Below, piece after piece: positions 1 to 14,200 of a stretch of DNA of 64,000 nt. The stretch is from Nemertoderma westbladi. Taxonomy: Eukaryota > Animalia > Xenacoelomorpha. The notes below the pieces were generated by a model. The model did no database searches. It was not told where the DNA came from and saw nothing but the letters and a program-made list of their open reading frames with translations. Both the position numbers and the translations under genes were made by a program. The stretch is taken from NCBI GenBank assembly GCA_032718475.1, contig JAUCBJ010002800.1:62001-126000 (forward strand), read 5' to 3'. The stretch's first letter is position 1. Every line of letters begins with the position of its first letter.

Positions 1-3000
1 ATGGAGTAATTAAAGTTATATTTGTTACCCATGGAGTAATTAAAGTTATATTGGCTACCCATGGAGTAATTAAAGTTATATCGGCTACCCATGGAGTAAT
101 TAAAGTTATATTGGCTACCCATGGAGTAATTAAAGTTATATTTGTTACCCATGGAGTAATTAAAGTTATATTGGCTACCCATGGAGTAATTAAAGTTATA
201 TTAGCTACTCCGTAATTAAAGTTATATTGGCTACTCCGTAATTAAAGTTATATTGGTTACCCAAGGAGTAATTAAAGTTATATTAGCTACTCCGTAATTA
301 AAGTTATATTGGTTACCCAAGGAGTAATTAAAGTTATATTGGCTACCCATGGAGTAATTAAAGTTATATTGGCTACCCATGGAGTAATTAAAGTTATATT
401 GGCTACCCAAGGAGTAATTAAAGTTATATTGGCTACCCATGGAGTAATTAAAGTTATATTGGCTACTCATGGAGTAATTAAAGTTATATGAGCTACTCCG
501 TAATTAAAGTTATATTGGCTACTCCGTAATTAAAGTTATATTGGTTACCCAAGGAGTAATTAAAGTTATATTGGCTACCCATGGAGTAATTAAAGTTATA
601 TTGGCTACCCATGGAGTAATTAAAGTTATATTGGCTACCCAAGGAGTAATTAAAGTTATATTGGCTACCCATGGAGTAATTAAAGTTATATTGGCTACCC
701 ATGGAGTAATTAAAGTTATTGGCTACCCATGGAGTAATTAAAGTTATATTGGCTACCCATGGAGTAATTAAAGTTATATTGGCTACCCAAGGAGTAATTA
801 AAGTTATATTAGCTACTCCGTAATTAAAGTTATATTGGCTACTCCGTAATTAAAGTTATATTGGTTACCCAAGGAGTAATTAAAGTTATATTGGCTACCC
901 ATGGAGTAATTAAAGTTATATTGGCTACCCATGGAGTAATTAAAGTTATATTGGCTACCCAAGGAGTAATTAAAGTTATATTGGCTACCCATGGAGTAAT
1001 TAAAGTTATATTGGCTACCCATGGAGTAATTAAAGTTATTGGCTACCCATGGAGTAATTAAAGTTATTGGCTACCCATGGAGTAATTAAAGTTATTGGCT
1101 ACCCATGGAGTAATTAAAGTTATATTGGCTACCCATGGAGTAATTAAAGTTATATTGGCTACCCATGGAGTAATTAAAGTTATATTAGCTACTCCGTAAT
1201 TAAAGTTATATTAGCTACTCCGTAATTAAAGTTATATTGGCTACCCAAGGAGTAATTAAAGTTATATTGGCTACCCATGGAGTAATTAAAGTTATATTGG
1301 CTACCCATGGAGTAATTAAAGTTATATTTGTTACCCATGGAGTAATTAAAGTTATATTGGCTACTCATGGAGTAATTAAAGTTATATGAGCTACTCCGTA
1401 ATTAAAGTTATATTGGCTACCCATGGAGTAATTAAAGTTATATTTGTTACCCATGGAGTAATTAAAGTTATATTGGCTACCCATGGAGTAATTAAAGTTA
1501 TATTGGCTACCCATGGAGTAATTAAAGTTATATTGGCTACTCATGGAGTAATTAAAGTTATATGAGCTACTCCGTAATTAAAGTTATATTGGTTACCCAT
1601 GGAGTAATTAAAGTTATATTGGCTACCCATGGAGTAATTAAAGTTATATTGGCTACCCATGGAGTAATTAAAGTTATATTTGTTACCCATGGAGTAATTA
1701 AAGTTATATTGGCTACCCATGGAGTAATTAAAGTTATATGAGCTACTCCGTAATTAAAGTTATATTGGTTACCCATGGAGTAATTAAAGTTATATTGGCT
1801 ACCCATGGAGTAATTAAAGTTATATTTGTTACCCATGGAGTAATTAAAGTTATATTTGTTACCCATGGAGTAATTAAAGTTATATTGGTTACCCATGTAG
1901 TAATTAAAGTTATATTGGTTACCCAAGGAGTAATTAAAGTTATATTAGCTACTCCGTAATTAAAGTTATATTGGTTACCCAAGGAGTAATTAAAGTTATA
2001 TTGGCTACCCATGGAGTAATTAAAGTTATATTGGCTACCCATGGAGTAATTAAAGTTATATTTGTTACCCATGGAGTAATTAAAGTTATATTGGCTACCC
2101 ATGGAGTAATTAAAGTTATATTGGCTACCCATGGAGTAATTAAAGTTATATTTGTTACCCATGGAGTAATTAAAGTTATATTGGCTACCCATGGAGTAAT
2201 TAAAGTTATATTGGCTACCCATGGAGTAATTAAAGTTATATCGGCTACCCATGGAGTAATTAAAGTTATATTGGCTACCCATGGAGTAATTAAAGTTATA
2301 TTTGTTACCCATGGAGTAATTAAAGTTATATTGGCTACCCATGGAGTAATTAAAGTTATATCGGCTACCCATGGAGTAATTAAAGTTATATTGGCTACCC
2401 ATGGAGTAATTAAAGTTATATTTGTTACCCATGGAGTAATTAAAGTTATATTGGCTACCCATGGAGTAATTAAAGTTATATTAGCTACTCCGTAATTAAA
2501 GTTATATTGGCTACTCCGTAATTAAAGTTATATTGGTTACCCAAGGAGTAATTAAAGTTATATTAGCTACTCCGTAATTAAAGTTATATTGGTTACCCAA
2601 GGAGTAATTAAAGTTATATTGGCTACCCATGGAGTAATTAAAGTTATATTGGCTACCCATGGAGTAATTAAAGTTATATTGGCTACCCAAGGAGTAATTA
2701 AAGTTATATTGGCTACCCATGGAGTAATTAAAGTTATATTGGCTACTCATGGAGTAATTAAAGTTATATGAGCTACTCCGTAATTAAAGTTATATTGGCT
2801 ACTCCGTAATTAAAGTTATATTGGTTACCCAAGGAGTAATTAAAGTTATATTGGCTACCCATGGAGTAATTAAAGTTATATTGGCTACCCATGGAGTAAT
2901 TAAAGTTATATTGGCTACCCAAGGAGTAATTAAAGTTATATTGGCTACCCATGGAGTAATTAAAGTTATATTGGCTACCCATGGAGTAATTAAAGTTATT

Positions 3001-3710
3001 GGCTACCCATGGAGTAATTAAAGTTATATTGGCTACCCATGGAGTAATTAAAGTTATATTGGCTACCCAAGGAGTAATTAAAGTTATATTAGCTACTCCG
3101 TAATTAAAGTTATATTGGCTACTCCGTAATTAAAGTTATATTGGTTACCCAAGGAGTAATTAAAGTTATATTGGCTACCCATGGAGTAATTAAAGTTATA
3201 TTGGCTACCCATGGAGTAATTAAAGTTATATTGGCTACCCAAGGAGTAATTAAAGTTATATTGGCTACCCATGGAGTAATTAAAGTTATATTGGCTACCC
3301 ATGGAGTAATTAAAGTTATTGGCTACCCATGGAGTAATTAAAGTTATATTGGCTACCCATGGAGTAATTAAAGTTATATTGGCTACCCAAGGTGTAATTA
3401 AAGTTATATTAGCTACTCCGTAATTAAAGTTATATTGGCTACTCCGTAATTAAAGTTATATTGGTTACCCAAGGAGTAATTAAAGTTATATTAGCTACTC
3501 CGTAATTAAAGTTATATTGGCTACTCCGTAATTAAAGTTATATTGGTTACCCAAGGAGTAATTAAAGTTATATTAGCTACTCCGTAATTAAAGTTATATT
3601 GGTTACCCATGGAGTAATTAAAGTTATATTGGTTACCCATGGAGTAATTAAAGTTATATTGGCTACCCATGGAGTAATTAAAGTTATATTGGCTACCCAA
3701 GGAGTAATTA
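1..3710. repeat. 30-bp tandem satellite, left block (consensus ATGGAGTAATTAAAGTTATATTGGCTACCC; 26- and 28-bp variants)
   Basis: Head-to-tail monomers visible directly. Runs off the window start. Ends at ...GGAGTAATTA (3710), where the LINE begins. Confidence 0.99.
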
Positions 3711-5236
3711 TTGGTTCTGACATGGCGATTGCTTCTATTCTGGAGATTATACAATATTATGTTGCTGGGGGATCGAATGTGTATGTTACACAGATGGACG
3801 TTGCAGCGGCCTTCGACTCTGTTGATATACCACTGCTAATCACTAAGTTGCTGGAGGAAACGGAAATAAATCCTTATATAGCAAGGTTGCTGCTCATATA
3901 TTACTCTAGTACGTGTGCCTATGTTCGTATCGGTAATCTCATATCTTCAGAGGGAATAAAGCTGTATGTGGGACTGAAACAGGGGTCGCTATTATCCCCA
4001 ACATTGTTTAATTTCTATCTGAAGGAAGTTTTTAACAGAGTGCAAGAAAATAACAGTGGCTGCACGATTCATGGACTTCCCTTAGGTGCCTTCTCCTATG
4101 CGGATGACTTTATCATGATCAGTACCTCTACTTCTGCAATGGAAAAGATGGCCAGTGAAATAGTTTTTTCACTTGGACGACTAAATCTAAAGATTGACAA
4201 TTCTAAGACAAATTGGACTGCCTTTTCCTCTGGCAAGTCGTCATTAATAACTGACAAGCTCTCCATCAATGGACATCTAACAAATGCCTCAGAACATATC
4301 TCTTTTCTAGGTTTCAAAATAGGGCAAAATCGTAGTCACAAGGCTGAAATCATCAAGTCGATAGCAACTCACTCAGAAATCTTCCACAATCAAAGATGGA
4401 CCTCTCAACGATACGATGTTGGGTGCATTGCCAAGCTCTGGAAATCTCTTGCAATACCATCAATACTATACAGGAATTGTTATAATTTTGGGGCACTGAA
4501 TAAATCGGATATCAATGCTGTAGATGCATACCATAGGAAGATCCTACGTAGTCTTCTTCATGTTGGAAATTATGCCTCAGATGGCATTATCTCTAATTTG
4601 TATGAGGCTCCCGATTTGTCGGTAATGGCTTTAAGTCATTGCACCGGAACACTGTTCAGGGGTCTACAAAGCCCTAGCTCCTTGATCCAGAGCTCTCTCC
4701 GGCTCACTTTGCAATATAATAACTCTTTGGGAGGGCCTGCGCACAGCTCTGGATCTTCTCCGTCTCGTTACTGCGGTCTGGGCAGCACATATCGTTTAGG
4801 TGCCGCATGTCATGGACTTCCTACACTCACTTCTATTATCAATTATAAATACAATAAAGGGAATATTTTTTCACGATTGAAGATGTGTCCCAGTAGATTA
4901 TCAGATAAGCTACACGCAGCCTTCATCAAGAGTTGTTATCAGCTACCGAACACAGCATTTGATATAAAGCACCAGCGCATACTTGACTACTTTGGAATTT
5001 AAAATAAATAAGGAAATCTAGCGAAGTGGCTACATTTGTATTATTACTTTAATAGAAACGTTTGGACACCTAATATTTCATGTGATTATTTACTGTGCTT
5101 TTTCATCTATAGGCCTACCGGTGAACTAACGATTGTCCTACATTATACCGGCTCGTCCGGGTTTTTATTGTCTGATTGGTATTTATTTTAATTCAAATGT
5201 TTTTAAATATTAAATCAGCATCATCATCATCATCAT
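3711..5236 (+). mobile_element. 5'-truncated non-LTR retrotransposon (LINE) inserted in the satellite
   Basis: Unique sequence with an RT ORF, a ~230-bp 3' UTR and a (CAT)n tail ending at 5236. The satellite resumes in register (GTAATT|AAAGTTAT). No endonuclease domain present. Clade not determined. Confidence 0.92.
3722..5002 (+). CDS. Non-LTR reverse transcriptase, N-terminally truncated
   Basis: Motifs MDVAAAFDSV, GLKQGSLLSPTLFN, YADD and FLGF in an uninterrupted frame to TAA at 5002. The ORF-track start at 3599 is satellite sequence; the first ATG inside the element is 3722. Confidence 0.85.
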   Translation: MAIASILEIIQYYVAGGSNVYVTQMDVAAAFDSVDIPLLITKLLEETEINPYIARLLLIYYSSTCAYVRIGNLISSEGIKLYVGLKQGSLLSPTLFNFYLKEVFNRVQENNSGCTIHGLPLGAFSYADDFIMISTSTSAMEKMASEIVFSLGRLNLKIDNSKTNWTAFSSGKSSLITDKLSINGHLTNASEHISFLGFKIGQNRSHKAEIIKSIATHSEIFHNQRWTSQRYDVGCIAKLWKSLAIPSILYRNCYNFGALNKSDINAVDAYHRKILRSLLHVGNYASDGIISNLYEAPDLSVMALSHCTGTLFRGLQSPSSLIQSSLRLTLQYNNSLGGPAHSSGSSPSRYCGLGSTYRLGAACHGLPTLTSIINYKYNKGNIFSRLKMCPSRLSDKLHAAFIKSCYQLPNTAFDIKHQRILDYFGI

Positions 5237-8200
5237 AAAGTTATATTAGCTACTCCGTAATTAAAGTTATATTGGCTACTCCGTAATTAAAGTTATATTG
5301 GTTACCCAAGGAGTAATTAAAGTTATATTGGTTACCCAAGGAGTAATTAAAGTTATATTGGCTACCCAAGGAGTAATTAAAGTTATATTGGTTACCCAAG
5401 GAGTAATTAAAGTTATATTTGTTACCCATGGAGTAATTAAAGTTATTGGCTACCCATGGAGTAATTAAAGTTATATTGGCTACCCAAGGAGTAATTAAAG
5501 TTATATTAGCTACTCCGTAATTAAAGTTATATTGGCTACTCCGTAATTAAAGTTATATTGGTTACCCAAGGAGTAATTAAAGTTATATTAGCTACTCCGT
5601 AATTAAAGTTATATTGGCTACTCCGTAATTAAAGTTATATTGGCTACCCATGGAGTAATTAAAGTTATATTGGCTACCCATGGAGTAATTAAAGTTATAT
5701 TGGCTGCACATGGAGTAATTAAAGTTATATTGGCTACCCATGGAGTAATTAAAGTTATATTGGCTACCCAAGGAGTAATTAAAGTTATATTAGCTACTCC
5801 GTAATTAAAGTTATATTGGCTACTCCGTAATTAAAGTTATATTGGCTACCCAAGGAGTAATTAAAGTTATTGGCTACCCATGGAGTAATTAAAGTTATAT
5901 TGGCTACCCATGGAGTAATTAAAGTTATATTGGCTACCCATGGAGTAATTAAAGTTATATTGGCTACCCATGGAGTAATTAAAGTTATATTGGCTGCACA
6001 TGGAGTAATTAAAGTTATATTGGCTACCCATGGAGTAATTAAAGTTATATTGGCTACCCATGGAGTAATTAAAGTTATATTGGCTACCCAAGGAGTAATT
6101 AAAGTTATATTAGCTACTCCGTAATTAAAGTTATATTGGTTACCCAAGGAGTAATTAAAGTTATATTGGCTACCCATGGAGTAATTAAAGTTATATTGGC
6201 TACCCATGGAGTAATTAAAGTTATATTGGCTACCCATGGAGTAACTAAAGTTATATGAGCTACTCCGTAATTAAAGTTATATTGGTTACCCATGGAGTAA
6301 TTAAAGTTATATTGGCTACCCATGGAGTAATTAAAGTTATATTGGCTACCCATGGAGTAATTAAAGTTATATTGGCTACCCATGGAGTAATTAAAGTTAT
6401 ATTAGCTACTCCGTAATTAAAGTTATATTGGTTACCCATGGAGTAATTAAAGTTATATTGGCTACCCATGGAGTAACTAAAGTTATATGAGCTACTCCGT
6501 AATTAAAGTTATATTGGTTACCCATGGAGTAATTAAAGTTATATTGGCTACCCATGGAGTAATTAAAGTTATATTAGCTACTCCGTAATTAAAGTTATAT
6601 TGGCTACCCATGGAGTAATTAAAGTTATTGGCTACCCATGGAGTAATTAAAGTTATATTAGCTACTCCGTAATTAAAGTTATATTGGCTACCCATGGAGT
6701 AATTAAAGTTATATTAGCTACTCCGTAATTAAAGTTATATTGGCTACCCATGGAGTAATTAAAGTTATATTGGCTACCCAAGGAGTAATTAAAGTTATAT
6801 CGGCTACCCATGGAGTAATTAAAGTTATATTGGCTACTCCGTAATTAAAGTTATATTAGCTACTCCGTAATTAAAGTTTTATTGGTTACCCATGGAGTAA
6901 TTAAAGTTATATTGGCTACTCCGTAATTAAAGTTATATTAGCTACTCCGTAATTAAAGTTATATTAGCTACTCCGTAATTAAAGTTATATTGGCTACCCA
7001 AGGAGTAATTAAAGTTATATTGGTTACCCATGGAGTAATTAAAGTTATATTAGCTACTCCGTAATTAAAGTTATATTGGCTACCCAAGGAGTAATTAAAG
7101 TTATATTGGCTACCCAAGGAGTAATTAAAGTTATATTGGTTACCCATGGAGTAATTAAAGTTATATTAGCTACTCCGTAATTAAAGTTATATTGGCTACC
7201 CAAGGAGTAATTAAAGTTATATTGGCTACCCAAGGAGTAATTAAAGTTATATTGGTTACCCATGGAGTAATTAAAGTTATATTAGCTACTCCGTAATTAA
7301 AGTTATATTGGCTACCCAAGGAGTAATTAAAGTTATATTGGTTACCCATGGAGTAATTAAAGTTATATTAGCTACTCCGTAATTAAAGTTATATTGGCTA
7401 CACATGGAGTAATTAAAGTTATATTGGCTGCCCATGGAGTAATTAAAGTTATATTGGCTACCCATGGAGTAATTAAAGTTATATTAGCTACTCCGTAATT
7501 AAAGTTATATTGGCTACCCATGGAGTAATTAAAGTTATATTGGCTACCCATGGAGTAATTAAAGTTATATTTGTTACCCATGGAGTAATTAAAGTTATAT
7601 TAGCTACTCCGTAATTAAAGTTATATTGGCTACCCATGGAGTAATTAAAGTTATATTGGCTACCCATGGAGTAATTAAAGTTATATTAGCTACTCCGTAA
7701 TTAAAGTTATATTGGCTACCCAAGGAGTAATTAAAGTTATATTAGCTACTCCGTAATTAAAGTTATATTGGCTACCCATGGAGTAATTAAAGTTATATTA
7801 GCTACTCCGTAATTAAAGTTATATTGGCTACCCATGGAGTAATTAAAGTTATATTAGCTACTCCGTAATTAAAGTTATATTGGCTACCCAAGGAGTAATT
7901 AAAGTTATATTGGCTACCCATGGAGTAATTAAAGTTATATTGGCTACCCATGGAGTAATTAAAGTTATATTAGCTACTCCGTAATTAAAGTTATATTGGC
8001 TACCCATGGAGTAATTAAAGTTATATTGGCTACCCATGGAGTAATTAAAGTTATATTAGCTACTCCGTAATTAAAGTTATATTGGCTACCCATGGAGTAA
8101 TTAAAGTTATATTGGCTAGCCATGGAGTAATTAAAGTTATATTGGCTACCCGTGGAGTAATTAAAGTTATATTTGTTACCCAAGGAGTAATTAAAGTTAT

Positions 8201-11200
8201 ATTAGCTACTCCGTAATTAAAGTTATATTGGCTACCCATGGAGTAATTAAAGTTATATTGGCTACCCATGGAGAAATTAAAGTTATATTGGCTACCCATG
8301 GAGTAATTAAAGTTATATTGGTTACCCATGGAGTAATTAAAGTTATATTGGTTACCCATGGAGTAATTAAAGTTATATTAGCTACTCCGTAATTAAAGTT
8401 ATATTGGTTACCCATGGAGTAATTAAAGTTATATTGGCTACCCATGGAGTAATTAAAGTTATATTGGTTACCCATGGAGTAATTAAAGTTATATTTGTTA
8501 CCCATGGAGTAATTAAAGTTATATTAGCTACTCCGTAATTAAAGTTATATTGGTTACCCATGGAGTAATTAAAGTTATATTGGCTACCCATGGAGTAATT
8601 AAAGTTATATTGGTTACCCATGGAGTAATTAAAGTTATATTGGTTACCCATGGAGTAATTAAAGTTATATTAGCTACTCCGTAATTAAAGTTATATTGGT
8701 TACCCATGGAGTAATTAAAGTTATATTGGCTACCCATGGAGTAATTAAAGTTATATTGGTTACCCATGGAGTAATTAAAGTTATATTGGTTACCCATGGA
8801 GTAATTAAAGTTATATTGGTTACCCATGGAGTAATTAAAGTTATATTGGTTACCCATGGAGTAATTAAAGTTATATTGGCTACCCATGGAGTAATTAAAG
8901 TTATATTGGTTACCCAAGGAGTAATTAAAGTTATATTGGCTACCCATGGAGTAATTAAAGTTATATTGGCTACCCATGGAGTAATTAAAGTTATATTAGC
9001 TACTCCGTAATTAAAGTTATATTGGCTACCCATGGAGTAATTAAAGTTATATTGGCTACCCATGGAGTAATTAAAGTTATATTGGCTACCCATGGAGTAA
9101 TTAAAGTTATATTAGCTACTCCGTAATTAAAGTTATATTGGCTACCCATGGAGTAATTAAAGTTATATTGGCTACCCATGGAGTAATTAAAGTTATATTG
9201 GTTACCCATGGAGTAATTAAAGTTATATTGGTTACCCATGGAGTAATTAAAGTTATATTGGTTACCCATGGAGTAATTAAAGTTATATTGGTTACCCATG
9301 GAGTAATTAAAGTTATATTGGCTACCCATGGAGTAATTAAAGTTATATTGGTTACCCAAGGAGTAATTAAAGTTATATTGGCTACCCATGGAGTAATTAA
9401 AGTTATATTGGTTACCCATGGAGTAATTAAAGTTATATTGGTTACCCATGGAGTAATTAAAGTTATATTGGTTACCCATGGAGTAATTAAAGTTATATTG
9501 GTTACCCATGGAGTAATTAAAGTTATATTGGTTACCCATGGAGTAATTAAAGTTATATTGGCTACCCATGGAGTAATTAAAGTTATATTGGTTACCCAAG
9601 GAGTAATTAAAGTTATATTGGCTACCCATGGAGTAATTAAAGTTATATTGGCTACCCATGGAGTAATTAAAGTTATATTAGCTACTCCGTAATTAAAGTT
9701 ATATTGGCTACCCATGGAGTAATTAAAGTTATATTGGCTACCCATGGAGTAATTAAAGTTATATTGGCTACCCATGGAGTAATTAAAGTTATATTAGCTA
9801 CTCCGTAATTAAAGTTATATTGGCTACCCATGGAGTAATTAAAGTTATATTGGCTACCCATGGAGTAATTAAAGTTATATTGGTTACCCATGGAGTAATT
9901 AAAGTTATATTGGTTACCCATGGAGTAATTAAAGTTATATTGGTTACCCATGGAGTAATTAAAGTTATATTGGTTACCCATGGAGTAATTAAAGTTATAT
10001 TGGCTACCCATGGAGTAATTAAAGTTATATTGGTTACCCAAGGAGTAATTAAAGTTATATTGGCTACCCATGGAGTAATTAAAGTTATATTGGCTACCCA
10101 TGGAGTAATTAAAGTTATATTAGCTACTCCGTAATTAAAGTTATATTGGCTACCCATGGAGTAATTAAAGTTATATTGGCTACCCAAGGAGTAATTAAAG
10201 TTATATTAGCTACTCCGTAATTAAAGTTATATTGGCTACTCCGTAATTAAAGTTATATTGGCTACCCAAGGAGTAATTAAAGTTATTGGCTACCCATGGA
10301 GTAATTAAAGTTATATTGGCTACCCATGGAGTAATTAAAGTTATATTGGCTACCCATGGAGTAATTAAAGTTATATTGGCTACCCATGGAGTAATTAAAG
10401 TTATATTGGCTGCACATGGAGTAATTAAAGTTATATTGGCTACCCATGGAGTAATTAAAGTTATATTGGCTACCCATGGAGTAATTAAAGTTATATTGGC
10501 TACCCAAGGAGTAATTAAAGTTATATTAGCTACTCCGTAATTAAAGTTATATTGGTTACCCAAGGAGTAATTAAAGTTATATTGGCTACCCATGGAGTAA
10601 TTAAAGTTATATTGGCTACCCATGGAGTAATTAAAGTTATATTGGCTACCCATGGAGTAACTAAAGTTATATGAGCTACTCCGTAATTAAAGTTATATTG
10701 GTTACCCATGGAGTAATTAAAGTTATATTGGCTACCCATGGAGTAATTAAAGTTATATTGGCTACCCATGGAGTAATTAAAGTTATATTGGCTACCCATG
10801 GAGTAATTAAAGTTATATTAGCTACTCCGTAATTAAAGTTATATTGGTTACCCATGGAGTAATTAAAGTTATATTGGCTACCCATGGAGTAACTAAAGTT
10901 ATATGAGCTACTCCGTAATTAAAGTTATATTGGTTACCCATGGAGTAATTAAAGTTATATTGGCTACCCATGGAGTAATTAAAGTTATATTAGCTACTCC
11001 GTAATTAAAGTTATATTGGCTACCCATGGAGTAATTAAAGTTATTGGCTACCCATGGAGTAATTAAAGTTATATTAGCTACTCCGTAATTAAAGTTATAT
11101 TGGCTACCCATGGAGTAATTAAAGTTATATTGGTTACCCATGGAGTAATTAAAGTTATATTGGTTACCCATGGAGTAATTAAAGTTATATTAGCTACTCC

Positions 11201-14200
11201 GTAATTAAAGTTATATTGGCTACCCATGGAGTAATTAAAGTTATATTGGTTACCCATGGAGTAATTAAAGTTATATTGGTTACCCATGGAGTAATTAAAG
11301 TTATATTGGTTACCCATGGAGTAATTAAAGTTATATTGGTTACCCATGGAGTAATTAAAGTTATATTGGCTACCCATGGAGTAATTAAAGTTATATTGGT
11401 TACCCAAGGAGTAATTAAAGTTATATTGGCTACCCATGGAGTAATTAAAGTTATATTGGTTACCCATGGAGTAATTAAAGTTATATTGGTTACCCATGGA
11501 GTAATTAAAGTTATATTGGTTACCCATGGAGTAATTAAAGTTATATTGGTTACCCATGGAGTAATTAAAGTTATATTGGTTACCCATGGAGTAATTAAAG
11601 TTATATTGGCTACCCATGGAGTAATTAAAGTTATATTGGTTACCCAAGGAGTAATTAAAGTTATATTGGCTACCCATGGAGTAATTAAAGTTATATTGGC
11701 TACCCATGGAGTAATTAAAGTTATATTAGCTACTCCGTAATTAAAGTTATATTGGCTACCCATGGAGTAATTAAAGTTATATTGGCTACCCATGGAGTAA
11801 TTAAAGTTATATTGGCTACCCATGGAGTAATTAAAGTTATATTAGCTACTCCGTAATTAAAGTTATATTGGCTACCCATGGAGTAATTAAAGTTATATTG
11901 GCTACCCATGGAGTAATTAAAGTTATATTGGTTACCCATGGAGTAATTAAAGTTATATTGGTTACCCATGGAGTAATTAAAGTTATATTGGTTACCCATG
12001 GAGTAATTAAAGTTATATTGGTTACCCATGGAGTAATTAAAGTTATATTGGCTACCCATGGAGTAATTAAAGTTATATTGGTTACCCAAGGAGTAATTAA
12101 AGTTATATTGGCTACCCATGGAGTAATTAAAGTTATATTGGCTACCCATGGAGTAATTAAAGTTATATTAGCTACTCCGTAATTAAAGTTATATTGGCTA
12201 CCCATGGAGTAATTAAAGTTATATTGGCTACCCAAGGAGTAATTAAAGTTATATTAGCTACTCCGTAATTAAAGTTATATTGGCTACTCCGTAATTAAAG
12301 TTATATTGGCTACCCAAGGAGTAATTAAAGTTATTGGCTACCCATGGAGTAATTAAAGTTATATTGGCTACCCATGGAGTAATTAAAGTTATATTGGCTA
12401 CCCATGGAGTAATTAAAGTTATATTGGCTACCCATGGAGTAATTAAAGTTATATTGGCTGCACATGGAGTAATTAAAGTTATATTGGCTACCCATGGAGT
12501 AATTAAAGTTATATTGGCTACCCATGGAGTAATTAAAGTTATATTGGCTACCCAAGGAGTAATTAAAGTTATATTAGCTACTCCGTAATTAAAGTTATAT
12601 TGGTTACCCAAGGAGTAATTAAAGTTATATTGGCTACCCATGGAGTAATTAAAGTTATATTGGCTACCCATGGAGTAATTAAAGTTATATTGGCTACCCA
12701 TGGAGTAACTAAAGTTATATGAGCTACTCCGTAATTAAAGTTATATTGGTTACCCATGGAGTAATTAAAGTTATATTGGCTACCCATGGAGTAATTAAAG
12801 TTATATTGGCTACCCATGGAGTAATTAAAGTTATATTGGCTACCCATGGAGTAATTAAAGTTATATTAGCTACTCCGTAATTAAAGTTATATTGGTTACC
12901 CATGGAGTAATTAAAGTTATATTGGCTACCCATGGAGTAACTAAAGTTATATGAGCTACTCCGTAATTAAAGTTATATTGGTTACCCATGGAGTAATTAA
13001 AGTTATATTGGCTACCCATGGAGTAATTAAAGTTATATTAGCTACTCCGTAATTAAAGTTATATTGGCTACCCATGGAGTAATTAAAGTTATTGGCTACC
13101 CATGGAGTAATTAAAGTTATATTAGCTACTCCGTAATTAAAGTTATATTGGCTACCCATGGAGTAATTAAAGTTATATTAGCTACTCCGTAATTAAAGTT
13201 ATATTGGCTACCCATGGAGTAATTAAAGTTATATTGGCTACCCAAGGAGTAATTAAAGTTATATCGGCTACCCATGGAGTAATTAAAGTTATATTGGCTA
13301 CTCCGTAATTAAAGTTATATTAGCTACTCCGTAATTAAAGTTTTATTGGTTACCCATGGAGTAATTAAAGTTATATTGGTTACCCATGGAGTAATTAAAG
13401 TTATATTGGTTACCCATGGAGTAATTAAAGTTATATTGGCTACCCATGGAGTAATTAAAGTTATATTGGTTACCCAAGGAGTAATTAAAGTTATATTGGC
13501 TACCCATGGAGTAATTAAAGTTATATTGGCTACCCATGGAGTAATTAAAGTTATATTAGCTACTCCGTAATTAAAGTTATATTGGCTACCCATGGAGTAA
13601 TTAAAGTTATATTGGCTACCCATGGAGTAATTAAAGTTATATTGGCTACCCATGGAGTAATTAAAGTTATATTAGCTACTCCGTAATTAAAGTTATATTG
13701 GCTACCCATGGAGTAATTAAAGTTATATTGGCTACCCATGGAGTAATTAAAGTTATATTGGTTACCCATGGAGTAATTAAAGTTATATTGGTTACCCATG
13801 GAGTAATTAAAGTTATATTGGTTACCCATGGAGTAATTAAAGTTATATTGGTTACCCATGGAGTAATTAAAGTTATATTGGCTACCCATGGAGTAATTAA
13901 AGTTATATTGGTTACCCAAGGAGTAATTAAAGTTATATTGGCTACCCATGGAGTAATTAAAGTTATATTGGTTACCCATGGAGTAATTAAAGTTATATTG
14001 GTTACCCATGGAGTAATTAAAGTTATATTGGTTACCCATGGAGTAATTAAAGTTATATTGGTTACCCATGGAGTAATTAAAGTTATATTGGTTACCCATG
14101 GAGTAATTAAAGTTATATTGGCTACCCATGGAGTAATTAAAGTTATATTGGTTACCCAAGGAGTAATTAAAGTTATATTGGCTACCCATGGAGTAATTAA

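Noticed and set aside
3599-3721. Satellite-encoded N-terminus fused to the RT
   Set aside because: Starts at TTG, not ATG. An in-frame join is expected by chance because that satellite frame is open.
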